Positions 1-11,178 of a DNA stretch of 64,000 nt are shown here, piece by piece. The stretch covers positions 23,310 to 87,309 of the forward strand of contig JAANOX010000193.1 of assembly GCA_020184695.1 (NCBI GenBank), in the 5' to 3' direction. The position numbers were made by a program, and so were the translations under genes. The stretch comes from Histomonas meleagridis 2922-C6/04-290x (taxonomy: Eukaryota > Protista > Parabasalia). A model generated the notes under the pieces. It ran no database searches, had not been told where the DNA came from, and was given only the letters and a program-made list of their open reading frames with translations. Positions within the stretch are counted from its first letter, which is position 1; each line of letters starts with the position of its first letter.

Positions 1-3000
1 TGATATATTTTGAGTTAGTTTAAACATTTGAATTAAATTTTGTTTATTTTTCCAATTATTAATTTGTAGAAATAAATTTTCTATATCTTTTTCAGTTAAT
101 ATAATAAATGAAATTCTTGAAAGTAAATTTATAAACAAATCCGAACATTTATTTATCATTTCTTTCGTATAAGTTTCATTTAATAAATTCTTCTTTTCAG
201 TTATAAATTCTGATGAATAATCTTCTTTCAAACAGAATAATAACATATATTGATTTAATAAACTTGAAAAATATGATTCAACATCAGAATTAAAATCATT
301 AAAAATATATTCATAAGTTTCAACTAAATTAGAATTCCAATGTTTTAATATTATATAAAAATGTGATGAAGAACATTGTATCCAAAACAAAGGATTTAAT
401 ATAAATGTATCAAACCATTGTTTTTGAAGATCTTTATAAGTTATATTACCAAACACATAAAAAAATGAAAAGTATAAATCAGATGAAAGTTTTTCAGGTG
501 ATTTAGATAAATTATAAAGAATTAAATCAACACCATTAAATTCTTTTTGTGGCGTTATACTTCTCTTAAATAACTGACTTATCATACCTAAAATCATTGA
601 AGTATAAGTAAATGAAGATGTATTAAAATGATTAAAGAATTTAACTAATGTATTACATTCATTACAATTTACCATCGCATCTAAAATAGGTAAAGGTGAA
701 GGATATTTATCATATACATTAATAATTAATTTACTTTTAGGTTTATTTCGTTGAAATGTATTATTTCTTTCGACATTAAAAGTTCCTTTAATTGAAGGAT
801 TTGTGATAATATTTGTAGAGAATAAACATTTATCAATGATTTTCCAAGGTGATTTAATTAAAGTTTTAACATTTTTATTATCAAAAGCAAATGGAAATAT
901 TTGAAAATCACCAATTTTACCAAATTGATGATCTTTCCATTCAGGACTTATAGGGTCTTGATCATCAATTCCTCCAAATATTAATTGAAGTGGTCCTTCT
1001 GTAAATCTAAAATTACATAATTCACTATCGTTATATTGTATCAAATTTTTATAATTATTTAATGAAAGAGCTTTTTCTTGAAACTTAAAAACAATTGAAA
1101 TATGATTCCATACATTCGAATCTTGGAATTTCATTAAAACAACAGTTGTTCGAGTTGTAACTGATTCATATTTAGCATAAAGAACCATTTGATTAAGAAA
1201 TATTATTAATTGATTATTCAAGGTATCAGTTATTGTTAAAATTTTTATATGGACATTACTTTCCATTAATAATTGTGTATCAAGATTTAACATAAAATGT
1301 ACAGTAAAGTTATTATTTAAATCAAATGAATTTACACCATTTACATCAAATAATGCATCAGAATAACTTAATGAAAAAATTGCAGATGGAATACTTTGGC
1401 ATTTTGTGATTAATTTACCTAATAAATCACAAATTTGATGATTTTCCTCTTTAACTATACTTTCGACTAAATAATGTGAATTGATTTTACTTGATTTAGA
1501 AATCATAATTGTTGTTAATAAAGGTACAACATATTTTTGAGTTATTTCTTCATCAATATGTAATGAGAATTGACATCCACGATAATTTATAATTGTTTCA
1601 TTTGTTTTAGAACATATAAAAATCGAGAAAATTAAATATAAATCACCATCATGACAAAGTCTTCGATTATAATCAGAATATTCACATAAATCGTTAATAT
1701 ATTTAATTATCGGAACAATTCTTTTTGATTTACCAAAAATCGCTATAATTAAAGGTAAAACAGAAGGCACCGAAATTAAAAACATTGAACCTAAATTTAT
1801 TGATATATTTTTACATAATAAGCAAAATAATTTTTGTTCGATTAATATCGTGGGTTCATTATTATAAACAGATTTAATACATTTATACAATTTATTAAAA
1901 ATGATTTCATTAATTTCAAATTGCTTTTTTATCGAAGCTATATATGAATAAAATGTTAATATATCTAAAAGCATTTGTTCATTTGGTTGTTTTATTATAT
2001 AATCTGAAAATGGATCAATTAATGATTCAAACATTAATGAGATTTTTGGATTATGCTTAAAAGAATACATTAAACTATTTAATAAGTCTTTACATAAATT
2101 TTGATATATTAAATCATCAAAATTAACTGTGCATGAAATAATTGTATTTTTAATATTTGAAATTAATGATTTTAATTTAATTTCTTTTGATTTAATTTGG
2201 ATTTGTGAAATCGAATTTCGTAATGTTTTTATAACTGAAAAAGTTAAAGGTTGTTCAAATATATATCGATAATAACCATAAATAAATTTACTACTTGAAA
2301 TTGCTGAGTATAAAGATAATGGATTTAAAGCAAGTTCAGACATAATTATAAAAATGGAGTTTCTTGTTTTTAATATAATTTGTGAATTATCATTTAAGTT
2401 AAATTGTTGAAGTTTTAAAGAATTTAACGAAATTGCATATAAGAATTCTTTGTTATTTAAAATTGTTAAATTAAATTTTGAAGATTTTAAAACTCTTAAT
2501 AATAATTCAGTAAAAATAAAAACTTCTTCTTTAAGTAATAAAATTAATTTAAGTATTAAATCGGATGAAATATCAATTAAAATATCAATAAATTTATTTC
2601 GAATACAATTAATACAAATGTTCAGTTTTTCGTCTTGGAATACATGATTTGTTAAATCAGGAAATATTAATTTTATTAAATTTTCCATATTATTAATAAA
2701 GAATTCTTTATTTTTAAAGTATTGCAATATATATAAAAAACATGAACAAGTTTGGAAATAAAAATTCTTTGATAATACCATTATATGCATCATAAATGTT
2801 TCGAAAAATGCTTTATGAACTTTTGTTCCTTTTATATCATTTTCCGATGTTTTAAATGCTGCTGAAATCAATTGTGAATATTTAAGTATTTCCGAAGACA
2901 TTAATTTTTCGAATTCAATTGAATCAATCAAACATTCATACGGTGGTTCATCATTATCTTTAATATCTCCATTTAAAGCAGTTAAGAATTGATATGTAAG

Positions 3001-3915
3001 ACTTTTTAATGTATATTCATTATTTATTTGAGGATTAGTATTTGTGTTATTTGGATACTCATATGGTTGTGTTGCATATTGTATTTGTTCTATCAATGCT
3101 AATATTATCATCATATATGAATCTTGTATTAAAATTAAATCATTTTCAGTGATACAATGGAAGATAAATCGTTCGAGTAAAACTATTCCGCCATAGTCTA
3201 ATTTTTGTATATAAGGGGAAATAATTAAGGAAAGTGTTTGAATGTCTTCTGTTTGTAAAATTGGGGCATTACAAGCATCAAGATCAGTTAAGACTTTAAT
3301 CATATAATTGGATAAATCTTTATTAACACTCGTGGAAATGCGCTTAAGAAAAGGAGAAAACCTATAAAAGTCGGGAGCTGTAAGGTACTTATTGTTGGAC
3401 ATGAATTTTAAAATGCTTTCATAAAACGAATCATTCCATGTGTTTGATGGTTCGGAAAAAATTACTTGAAGTAAGGACCTGGTAATATGGTTGACAATGT
3501 TTCTAATTGGAGTATCACCAATTAAGTTTAAACAATCAATAAGAATTGAATAATCACCTGGATTTTTTTCAGTTTCATTAAAAATCCATTGGAGTAACTG
3601 AAAACATACAATTACCACATATCCTTCTGAAACTTTTTGCTGAGATGAGTAAAAACGCAAAAATTCTTTTAAAAAGTCATGGGAATACTTATAGTTAGGG
3701 CAAAACTTATTTAAAACATCTTGAGGACTTACTACTTTAATAAGATTCTGAGCACTTTGTTTATCCATGCTTGTGATATCATATTTGATGATATGTATTT
3801 CACTGGGATAATAATTTTTATCATCGGTAATTTTAGAACTAATTTCATAATAATAATTTATTAAAGGAAACATTGATGATTGTATTAGAGATTTTGTTTT
3901 TTCAAGTGTGCTCAT
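1..3915 (-). CDS. Large helical-repeat protein with ConA/LamG-like domain, probably the N-terminal part of a BEACH-family protein (3' partial, runs off the window)
   Basis: ATG at 3915 (MSTLEKTKSL...). The frame had no stops in the lines I checked (1-1080 and samples up to 3915). It is absent from the ORF track, presumably because there is no in-window stop. A beta-rich segment near 900-1400 (..NVWNHISIVF..LQLIFGG..FGKIGDFQIFPF) resembles the ConA-like domain of BEACH proteins. The BEACH domain itself is not seen. Confidence 0.6.
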   Translation of the reverse strand, partial: MSTLEKTKSLIQSSMFPLINYYYEISSKITDDKNYYPSEIHIIKYDITSMDKQSAQNLIKVVSPQDVLNKFCPNYKYSHDFLKEFLRFYSSQQKVSEGYVVIVCFQLLQWIFNETEKNPGDYSILIDCLNLIGDTPIRNIVNHITRSLLQVIFSEPSNTWNDSFYESILKFMSNNKYLTAPDFYRFSPFLKRISTSVNKDLSNYMIKVLTDLDACNAPILQTEDIQTLSLIISPYIQKLDYGGIVLLERFIFHCITENDLILIQDSYMMIILALIEQIQYATQPYEYPNNTNTNPQINNEYTLKSLTYQFLTALNGDIKDNDEPPYECLIDSIEFEKLMSSEILKYSQLISAAFKTSENDIKGTKVHKAFFETFMMHIMVLSKNFYFQTCSCFLYILQYFKNKEFFINNMENLIKLIFPDLTNHVFQDEKLNICINCIRNKFIDILIDISSDLILKLILLLKEEVFIFTELLLRVLKSSKFNLTILNNKEFLYAISLNSLKLQQFNLNDNSQIILKTRNSIFIIMSELALNPLSLYSAISSSKFIYGYYRYIFEQPLTFSVIKTLRNSISQIQIKSKEIKLKSLISNIKNTIISCTVNFDDLIYQNLCKDLLNSLMYSFKHNPKISLMFESLIDPFSDYIIKQPNEQMLLDILTFYSYIASIKKQFEINEIIFNKLYKCIKSVYNNEPTILIEQKLFCLLCKNISINLGSMFLISVPSVLPLIIAIFGKSKRIVPIIKYINDLCEYSDYNRRLCHDGDLYLIFSIFICSKTNETIINYRGCQFSLHIDEEITQKYVVPLLTTIMISKSSKINSHYLVESIVKEENHQICDLLGKLITKCQSIPSAIFSLSYSDALFDVNGVNSFDLNNNFTVHFMLNLDTQLLMESNVHIKILTITDTLNNQLIIFLNQMVLYAKYESVTTRTTVVLMKFQDSNVWNHISIVFKFQEKALSLNNYKNLIQYNDSELCNFRFTEGPLQLIFGGIDDQDPISPEWKDHQFGKIGDFQIFPFAFDNKNVKTLIKSPWKIIDKCLFSTNIITNPSIKGTFNVERNNTFQRNKPKSKLIINVYDKYPSPLPILDAMVNCNECNTLVKFFNHFNTSSFTYTSMILGMISQLFKRSITPQKEFNGVDLILYNLSKSPEKLSSDLYFSFFYVFGNITYKDLQKQWFDTFILNPLFWIQCSSSHFYIILKHWNSNLVETYEYIFNDFNSDVESYFSSLLNQYMLLFCLKEDYSSEFITEKKNLLNETYTKEMINKCSDLFINLLSRISFIILTEKDIENLFLQINNWKNKQNLIQMFKLTQNIS

Positions 3916-4294
3916 TTTTTCAACAGATATTTTTGGTAACTCGATATGGGGCCCCCTGAATTTAACGTTTTTTATTACCCTCGGTGGATTAAAAACCAAT
4001 TATAGTATTGCATATTAAATATAGTTTATTTAAAAATAATTCACCAAACATATTGAAAATTAATTATTAATCAAATTCTGTGTATTGTTGATAAATACAT
4101 AAAACATGAAATTTGAAATTTAAAAAATAGAAAAAAAAAATGAAATGGAGAAATTTTTGAATACTTTACTTAGACTCAGAAGTGACAGCATTTTGACTTT
4201 TTCAGAATGAATATGATCATTTATCATACAATTTTCCAATGTGGCCAATGAATTTTAAGTTTTCAATTTTCAGTTATGTCGGACCATTTTTTTT

Positions 4295-7200
4295 ATGTTC
4301 AAACAAGTAGATGATCGCAGCCTATTAGGCGACATCGAAAAAGAAATTCTTGAATATTGGAACAAAATTGATGCTTTTCATCGATCTCTCGAGTTAAACA
4401 AAGACAAACCTGATTTCGTATTCTATGATGGTCCTCCTTTTGCTACTGGTTTACCACATTATGGTCACATTCTTGCAGGTACTATTAAAGATGTTGTTAC
4501 ACGTTATGCACATCAAACTGGTCACAATGTTGAAAGAAGATTTGGTTGGGATACCCACGGATTACCAGTAGAACACGAAGTTGATAGTGATCTTAAAATT
4601 ACAGATCGTCGTCAAATAGAAGAAATGGGTATTGATGTTTATAATGAAAAGTGTCGATCAATTGTTCTTCGTTACCAAGCAGAGTGGGAACGTATCATTG
4701 GTCGTACAGGACGTTGGATAGATTTCAAAAATTGTTATAAGACAATGGATCCTTCATTCATGGAATCTGAATGGTGGGTATTTAAGCAACTTTGGGACAA
4801 AGATCTTGTTTACCGTGGTGTAAAAGTTATGCCATATTCCACTGGCTGTAAGACACCACTTTCCAATTTTGAAGCTGGTGAGAATTATCAAAAAGTTAGT
4901 GATCCATGTCTTTCAGTTTCATTCACTGTTCCTGGAAAAGATTACAGATTCGTAGCTTGGACAACAACACCATGGACTCTTCCATCCAATCTTGCACTTG
5001 CAGTTAATCCAAAACTCACTTATTGCCGCGTAGTTGACAACAAGACACAAAAGAAATATGTCCTTATGAAAGACAGACTTTGTGAAATTTTCAATCTTAA
5101 GGATAAGAAGTCATATACAATTGAAGAAGAATTCTTAGGAAAAGAACTTGTTGGTATTAAATATGAGCCTCTTTTCCCATACTTCAAAGAATGGAGTGAC
5201 AAAGGTTGCTTCCAAGTCATTGATGCTGATTATGTATCTAATGAAGATGGTACAGGTATTGTTCACATCGCTCCAGGATTTGGTGAGGAAGACTTTAACG
5301 CTTGTATGAAGAAAGGTCTTATTAAGAAAGGCGAAAAAATCGTTTGTCCAATTGATGATAATGGTTGTTTCACTAATGAAGTAACTGATTATGCAGGAAT
5401 GTATGTCAAAGATGCTGACGCCAAAATCATTGCAGATCTTAAAGCAAATGGTCATCTTGTCCAAACTGGTAAAATTGTCCACAGCTATCCATTCTGCTGG
5501 AGATCGGATACCCCACTTATCTATCGTGCAGTTCCATCATGGTTTGTTCGTGTTGAAGCCAATCGTGAAAAGTTAATCGAAAACACACGTAACACTGATT
5601 GGGTGCCCCGTTCTATTCGTGATGGCAGATTCATTGAATGGCTTAAGGGTGCCCGAGATTGGGCCATCTCACGTAACCGTTATTGGGGTACCCCAATTCC
5701 AATATGGACCGATGATGAATATAGTGAATATGTAGTTGTAGGTTCAATAGCTGAATTAGAAGAACTTTCAGGTGTCAAAGGAATCACTGATATCCACAAG
5801 CATAAGATTGATAACATTTTAATCAAGTCACCAAAGACAGGTAAAATGTTACATCGTATTCCAGAAGTCTTTGACTGTTGGTTTGAATCAGGTTCAATGC
5901 CATTTTCACAAAATCATATTCCATTCTCAGGTAAAAAGTTCATCCAAGCAGACTTTATCGCCGAAGGTTTAGATCAAACAAGAGGCTGGTTCTATACCCT
6001 TACAGTTTTATCCACTCTTTTAGGATACACATCACCATTCAAGCACGTTATTGTCAATGGTTTAATCTTAGCTGAAGATGGCAAGAAGATGTCCAAACGT
6101 CTTAAGAACTATCCAGATCCAATGAAAATTATGGAAGAAATTGGTGCTGATTCATTACGTTTATACTTAGTTAACTCACCAGCAGTACATGCAGATCCAA
6201 TGCGCTTTAAGGAAGCAGGTGTTCGCCAAGTTACACGCGATGTAATGTTACCATGGCTTAATTCAATCAAGTTCTTCATCCAACAAGTTTTACGTCATGG
6301 AAATAACTTCAAGCGTAACAAGAAATTAGCCGAAGAATCAACAAACATTTTGGATAGATGGATTCTTTCTCGCTTAAATAGAATCATCAAGTTTGTACAT
6401 CAAGAAATGAAGCAATATCATCTTTATAGCGTTCTCCCAGAACTTGTTAAGTTCATTGATGAAATGACCAATTGGTATGTTAGACTTAATCGTGAAAGAC
6501 TTAAGTCTGGAAAAGATTACCAAACAGGAATTGCAGTTTTATATGAATTATTATTCAACTTATCAGTATTAATGGCGCCATTCACTCCATTCTTCTCTGA
6601 ATATTCTTATCAAAACCTTAAGCCAGGTCTTGAAGATAGTGAAAAGGTTGACTCAGTACACTTCTTAATGTTACCACAATCAAATCAGGACTTAATTGAT
6701 ACCAGCATAGAAAGACAAGTCGGATTTATGCAATCTGCAATCCGTATCGCACGAGCTGTCCGTGATAAGAAGAGAATCCAAATCCGAAGACCGTTAAAGG
6801 AGTTAATTATCGTATGCTCTGAAAAAGTTAAAGCTGCGATCGAACCACTCACAAATTACATCACAAGTGAAATTCACGTTCTTAATATATCTTATGATGT
6901 TAATGAAAGTAAATATGTTCAATTCACTGCGCAAGCTGATGGTAAAATATTAGGACGTAAGTATGGAAAGAAATTAAAGGATATAAATCAAGCATTGAAA
7001 CAACTTTCATATGATAAAATGGCTGAACTTTACAACAAAAGTGTCCAAGCACAAGTTAATGGAGAACCTGCTCCACAATTTGATGTGTTACCTGATACAC
7101 CTGTCACTACTGAAGAAATTAATATCATGAGAGCATTCGTTTCACCTGATGAAAAGAAATACGCAGGTGGTGTTGATGGCGAAATCACAGCATTTTGTGA

Positions 7201-7501
7201 CTTGCAAGTTACTGATCAAATACTTGACATCTCATACGCAAGAGAAATTAGAAACAGAATTCAACAGTCACGAAAGAAGCTCGGGCTACAGCCAACTGAT
7301 AAAATTAATATATTCGTCGAAACTGATGATGAAAAACTTTTGGAAATATTGAAGTCTGAAAACGAGGCAGTGAAGTCTGCGTTAGGCATCAAGTACACAA
7401 TTGGAAATCCTTCTGGAGAAGTAATCGGAGAACCAATTGATGAAAAGATTCAAATTGTTAACAATGAGGCACCAATTAAAATTACAATAACTAAGCAATA
7501 A
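4295..7501 (+). CDS. IARS1: Isoleucyl-tRNA synthetase, eukaryotic cytosolic type
   Basis: 1068 aa ORF with FYDGPPFATGLPHYGH (HIGH motif), GWDTHGLP, WTTTPWTLP, RDWAISRNRYWGTP, FIAEGLDQTRGWF and KMSKR (KMSKS motif). Confidence 0.97.
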   Translation: MFKQVDDRSLLGDIEKEILEYWNKIDAFHRSLELNKDKPDFVFYDGPPFATGLPHYGHILAGTIKDVVTRYAHQTGHNVERRFGWDTHGLPVEHEVDSDLKITDRRQIEEMGIDVYNEKCRSIVLRYQAEWERIIGRTGRWIDFKNCYKTMDPSFMESEWWVFKQLWDKDLVYRGVKVMPYSTGCKTPLSNFEAGENYQKVSDPCLSVSFTVPGKDYRFVAWTTTPWTLPSNLALAVNPKLTYCRVVDNKTQKKYVLMKDRLCEIFNLKDKKSYTIEEEFLGKELVGIKYEPLFPYFKEWSDKGCFQVIDADYVSNEDGTGIVHIAPGFGEEDFNACMKKGLIKKGEKIVCPIDDNGCFTNEVTDYAGMYVKDADAKIIADLKANGHLVQTGKIVHSYPFCWRSDTPLIYRAVPSWFVRVEANREKLIENTRNTDWVPRSIRDGRFIEWLKGARDWAISRNRYWGTPIPIWTDDEYSEYVVVGSIAELEELSGVKGITDIHKHKIDNILIKSPKTGKMLHRIPEVFDCWFESGSMPFSQNHIPFSGKKFIQADFIAEGLDQTRGWFYTLTVLSTLLGYTSPFKHVIVNGLILAEDGKKMSKRLKNYPDPMKIMEEIGADSLRLYLVNSPAVHADPMRFKEAGVRQVTRDVMLPWLNSIKFFIQQVLRHGNNFKRNKKLAEESTNILDRWILSRLNRIIKFVHQEMKQYHLYSVLPELVKFIDEMTNWYVRLNRERLKSGKDYQTGIAVLYELLFNLSVLMAPFTPFFSEYSYQNLKPGLEDSEKVDSVHFLMLPQSNQDLIDTSIERQVGFMQSAIRIARAVRDKKRIQIRRPLKELIIVCSEKVKAAIEPLTNYITSEIHVLNISYDVNESKYVQFTAQADGKILGRKYGKKLKDINQALKQLSYDKMAELYNKSVQAQVNGEPAPQFDVLPDTPVTTEEINIMRAFVSPDEKKYAGGVDGEITAFCDLQVTDQILDISYAREIRNRIQQSRKKLGLQPTDKINIFVETDDEKLLEILKSENEAVKSALGIKYTIGNPSGEVIGEPIDEKIQIVNNEAPIKITITKQ

Positions 7502-7879
7502 AAAAATAATATAAAACCTGAATTTTGACTGAAACTTCATTGTTCATTCTTCTGTTCGATTGCGATTAACAAATTTTTTATCGTATTAAATCCGATGAAT
7601 TTTTTGATGTATGCAGCTGATTAATATGTTCGATCTAATACTGAATGTTTTTGTCATCTTAATAAAGTTAAATCAGAACGGTGTGTCGTACACATTTTTT
7701 CTTTGTTGATTTTTCCAGCGGAAAAAAAGTATTATAATAAGAGTATGGAATTATCATTTTTTAAAAATTTATTATAATACTTGATATTTAAGATTACCTT
7801 GATATTTGTTTTTATTTGACATAATATAAAATCATATATAAAACACATTTCTAATAAATGAATATTTTTTTCACTTCAC

Positions 7880-10738
7880 ATGGGGCGCCTCTTTTATTTG
7901 GTGTATGGCTCTGAATTTTTGATCGGCAGCTTTAATGAAAGCATGAAATTTCTACATAAAACCCTAATTCCATCCCAATGTCTCGTATTTTGCACAGACT
8001 ATTTACGCAAATCTCAATCCAATTTCGAATCGGTATTTTGTTATACTGATAGAATTGAAATTGTTTCACTCAAAAATGAGAATGATCATATTTTTTATAA
8101 AACTTTAAAAACGCATCATGTTGAAACTCCAGTCAAATGGTGCGCAGTGTGCAAGAACCTAATTTTTTATTTGACAAATTATAATGTAATAATATCAGAT
8201 TTAAAAAACCCTTTCCAACAGAGAGAAAATATAATGCTTCCACAAACAATGGGTAATTTATGTTATTTTTCTGTATGCCTCAATCTCAAATATATTTGTT
8301 TTAGTGCAGAAAATTCACAAATATTTTTCATTCAAACAGATAATCAAAATTTCTTTCCACGAATGATAGACGTTCATGACGGCTTTATTACAGGAATTTC
8401 ACCAGGGGCTGAAGAAAATTCTTTTTTCGTATTAATTAAACATGATGAAAACAAAAATGTCTATATATTCAATCCGTCCACAGAAGAAATTACTCTTATA
8501 TGCGAAGTTTCAAATGATGCACTTGGATTAATTCCGTACAAAAATGATGAATTTTCATCTCCAATTTTTTATTCTTCTAATTCCATTTTTACGAATGATA
8601 AACTCATATTCCAAACCAAAGGTGACATTGTTTCTGAACCGAAGCAAATAGATTTATTTATTTGTTTTTTTACCAGCGATAATTTTTTTATTATTATCAA
8701 TCCTCTTGATTGTAACGTAATTACACTTTCCAGTTCTCCGTCTTTTACAACATTCTTCAAAATTTTTTCGTCTGCGATTGTTTGTGCTGGTGCAAATCTT
8801 CCTCTAACTTTGGTAAAATTTAACCCCCAAGAAACCGAAAATTCTGAATTTTCTGAACTTTACTCGATCGAACTTAATACAATTCCGAAATCAATTTTTT
8901 ATGATAATAAAAACCTTTTTATCTCCAGCAAAAACAAGCTTTATAAGGTTACATGTGAATTAGCTCGTGACAATGAACCATTAGCTGAAATTGATCCACA
9001 ACTGGGAGAAGGTCGATTATATTCAATTTCAAGTAAAGTCCTATTTTCTAATTCAACACAAGCAAAAATTGTTTACGGTAAAAGTAATCCTAATATTCAC
9101 GAAGATGGTTGCACAATCAAAACGTTATATTTTCGAAAAAAACATTATCAAATAATGAAAAACGTTATATATTGTAATGGCAAAGAAGAAGCGCAAATGA
9201 AGAATGACATCAAATATGTAACTTCGTGCAGTTCAGCAATAGTCATAGTAACAACTAATAATGAGATAAGTTTATTTCAACGTAGTTTTAAAGATGTATC
9301 TTCATTTGAAATCGATCTCGATGGAGCTGATATCACAGCAATAACAGTAACACCAAAATATATTATTGTTGCTGCATTCGATGAAAAGATTCAATCTTCA
9401 GGTCAACTTTTTGTTCTTGATTATGACTTTAATGGCTTTGGTGAAGAATATTCTTTCCCTTCTCCAATAACTGAGTTAATTACTCTTGAAAAATTTGGTC
9501 ATTTATTTGGCGCATGTAAAAACGGATCAATTTTTAAGCTGATGATTTCGAAAGAAAAAGGTTTACTTGGCGAAATTTCGTATATATACTTCGGAGATCA
9601 TATTTCAGAAATGTTACAGATAAATGAAAATGAGTTCACTTTCATTGATAACAATGAAATTTTCTTATACACAAACAAGAAAATATGTTCAACTGGAATT
9701 AAAGATGTAATGTCAATGTGTGAATTAGATTCAAAATTAGTTTACGTATCAAATTATAAATTATATATACAAGAAATCAAGAAGGCGAAAATTGAACATC
9801 GCCTTAGTTCTGTATATGATTTTGATCAAAACGTAATACAAGTTTTGACTTTTAATAATTACAAATTTGTTCTTCTTGAAAATTCAATTGTTTTGTTTGA
9901 TGGCACACAAATAATTCAATCGCTCCAACTCAATGGCCGTTGTAAATCATTCAATATACACCAAAAGAAAAATGGCACTTTTGTGATTGCCGTTCTAAAT
10001 GAAAACCTCAAAGACATATTAATTGCTACATATGCAGTCAATGAAGAAATAACTCCTCAATTTTCTCATTCATTTGATTTCTGTGTCCAACAAATTTGCT
10101 TCTATAACAATCGACTTCTGATAAATTCAGGAGATTTACTCAGAATTGCTAAAATCAAAAACAACGAGCTCATGTTAAGCAAAACAATTCTCAAGGCAAA
10201 CAGTAGAATCACAGGTATGGCCTTCTTTTCTCAAAATCTTTGGATCACATTTGATTCTGCAGTTTCTGTATTAAGATACAATTACTCAAGCGAAAAGTTC
10301 GAATATGTTTCTACTAGTGACGTTAGTACTAATGTGTCCGCTTTAACACCAATTGATAGGTTAACGGCTGTTTGTGAATCGAATGGACAAATCACATTTC
10401 TCGAAATTCCTAACAATGCATCACATGGGTTTATTAGACAATTTTCTGGCCGCACTCCATTGCTTAATGAGACGCAAGCTTTCATTTGCTCATCTCCAAT
10501 TTTGGATTTTTTGTCTTCAGAAAATTCACTTTTTTATGTGACTGTTGATGGTTGTGTGGGCGCATTCATACCGCTGAAACTTAAAAAGAGATACGAAACA
10601 CTGCGGGAAGTGTGGGAAAGATGCGGTGGAACAGAAGAAATAATAGATATGGATCGAATTGAAACAACGGATGACCTAAAGATTTCCTTTTATGAAGAGT
10701 CAGTAATTACTAAGACATTAATTCCAATTTCTTTTTAA
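7880..10738 (+). CDS. Multi-beta-propeller protein, possibly DDB1/SF3B3/CPSF160-like
   Basis: 952 aa ORF rich in short beta strands; C-terminal YVTVDGCVGAFIPL resembles the CPSF_A-type end; highly divergent. Confidence 0.45.
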   Translation: MGRLFYLVYGSEFLIGSFNESMKFLHKTLIPSQCLVFCTDYLRKSQSNFESVFCYTDRIEIVSLKNENDHIFYKTLKTHHVETPVKWCAVCKNLIFYLTNYNVIISDLKNPFQQRENIMLPQTMGNLCYFSVCLNLKYICFSAENSQIFFIQTDNQNFFPRMIDVHDGFITGISPGAEENSFFVLIKHDENKNVYIFNPSTEEITLICEVSNDALGLIPYKNDEFSSPIFYSSNSIFTNDKLIFQTKGDIVSEPKQIDLFICFFTSDNFFIIINPLDCNVITLSSSPSFTTFFKIFSSAIVCAGANLPLTLVKFNPQETENSEFSELYSIELNTIPKSIFYDNKNLFISSKNKLYKVTCELARDNEPLAEIDPQLGEGRLYSISSKVLFSNSTQAKIVYGKSNPNIHEDGCTIKTLYFRKKHYQIMKNVIYCNGKEEAQMKNDIKYVTSCSSAIVIVTTNNEISLFQRSFKDVSSFEIDLDGADITAITVTPKYIIVAAFDEKIQSSGQLFVLDYDFNGFGEEYSFPSPITELITLEKFGHLFGACKNGSIFKLMISKEKGLLGEISYIYFGDHISEMLQINENEFTFIDNNEIFLYTNKKICSTGIKDVMSMCELDSKLVYVSNYKLYIQEIKKAKIEHRLSSVYDFDQNVIQVLTFNNYKFVLLENSIVLFDGTQIIQSLQLNGRCKSFNIHQKKNGTFVIAVLNENLKDILIATYAVNEEITPQFSHSFDFCVQQICFYNNRLLINSGDLLRIAKIKNNELMLSKTILKANSRITGMAFFSQNLWITFDSAVSVLRYNYSSEKFEYVSTSDVSTNVSALTPIDRLTAVCESNGQITFLEIPNNASHGFIRQFSGRTPLLNETQAFICSSPILDFLSSENSLFYVTVDGCVGAFIPLKLKKRYETLREVWERCGGTEEIIDMDRIETTDDLKISFYEESVITKTLIPISF

Positions 10739-11178
10739 CTAAATAATAATTTGTTAAAAAGGAAACTCAAATTACAATACATTTTGTAAAACAAATCTGA
10801 ATACTTTTTTTTTAAAGAACTTAATATACTTTTTAAATATGCATACATCTATTAAAAGAACAATTTTTGTTGTTTGGCGCCAATTATTTATTCGAACAAA
10901 ATATAACGATAACGCATTTTCAGAATTTTCAATGCATAACCTCTACGATAAATAATGAAATCACTTAAAATTTGAAGATTTTTTTATTTATATAATTTTA
11001 TTGTTATTTATAACATATTTTCAGCATCATCTTATATTATCAAATCAAATAGTCAAATTTTTATGTTTATCTTAATGACTTTAAATGATAATTTTTTAGC
11101 GTCGTTTGCGATTTTTGAGCTCCATTCAAAACTGTGCACTGAATTGTGAAACTACTTTTTGATTACTTTATCCAGCAG

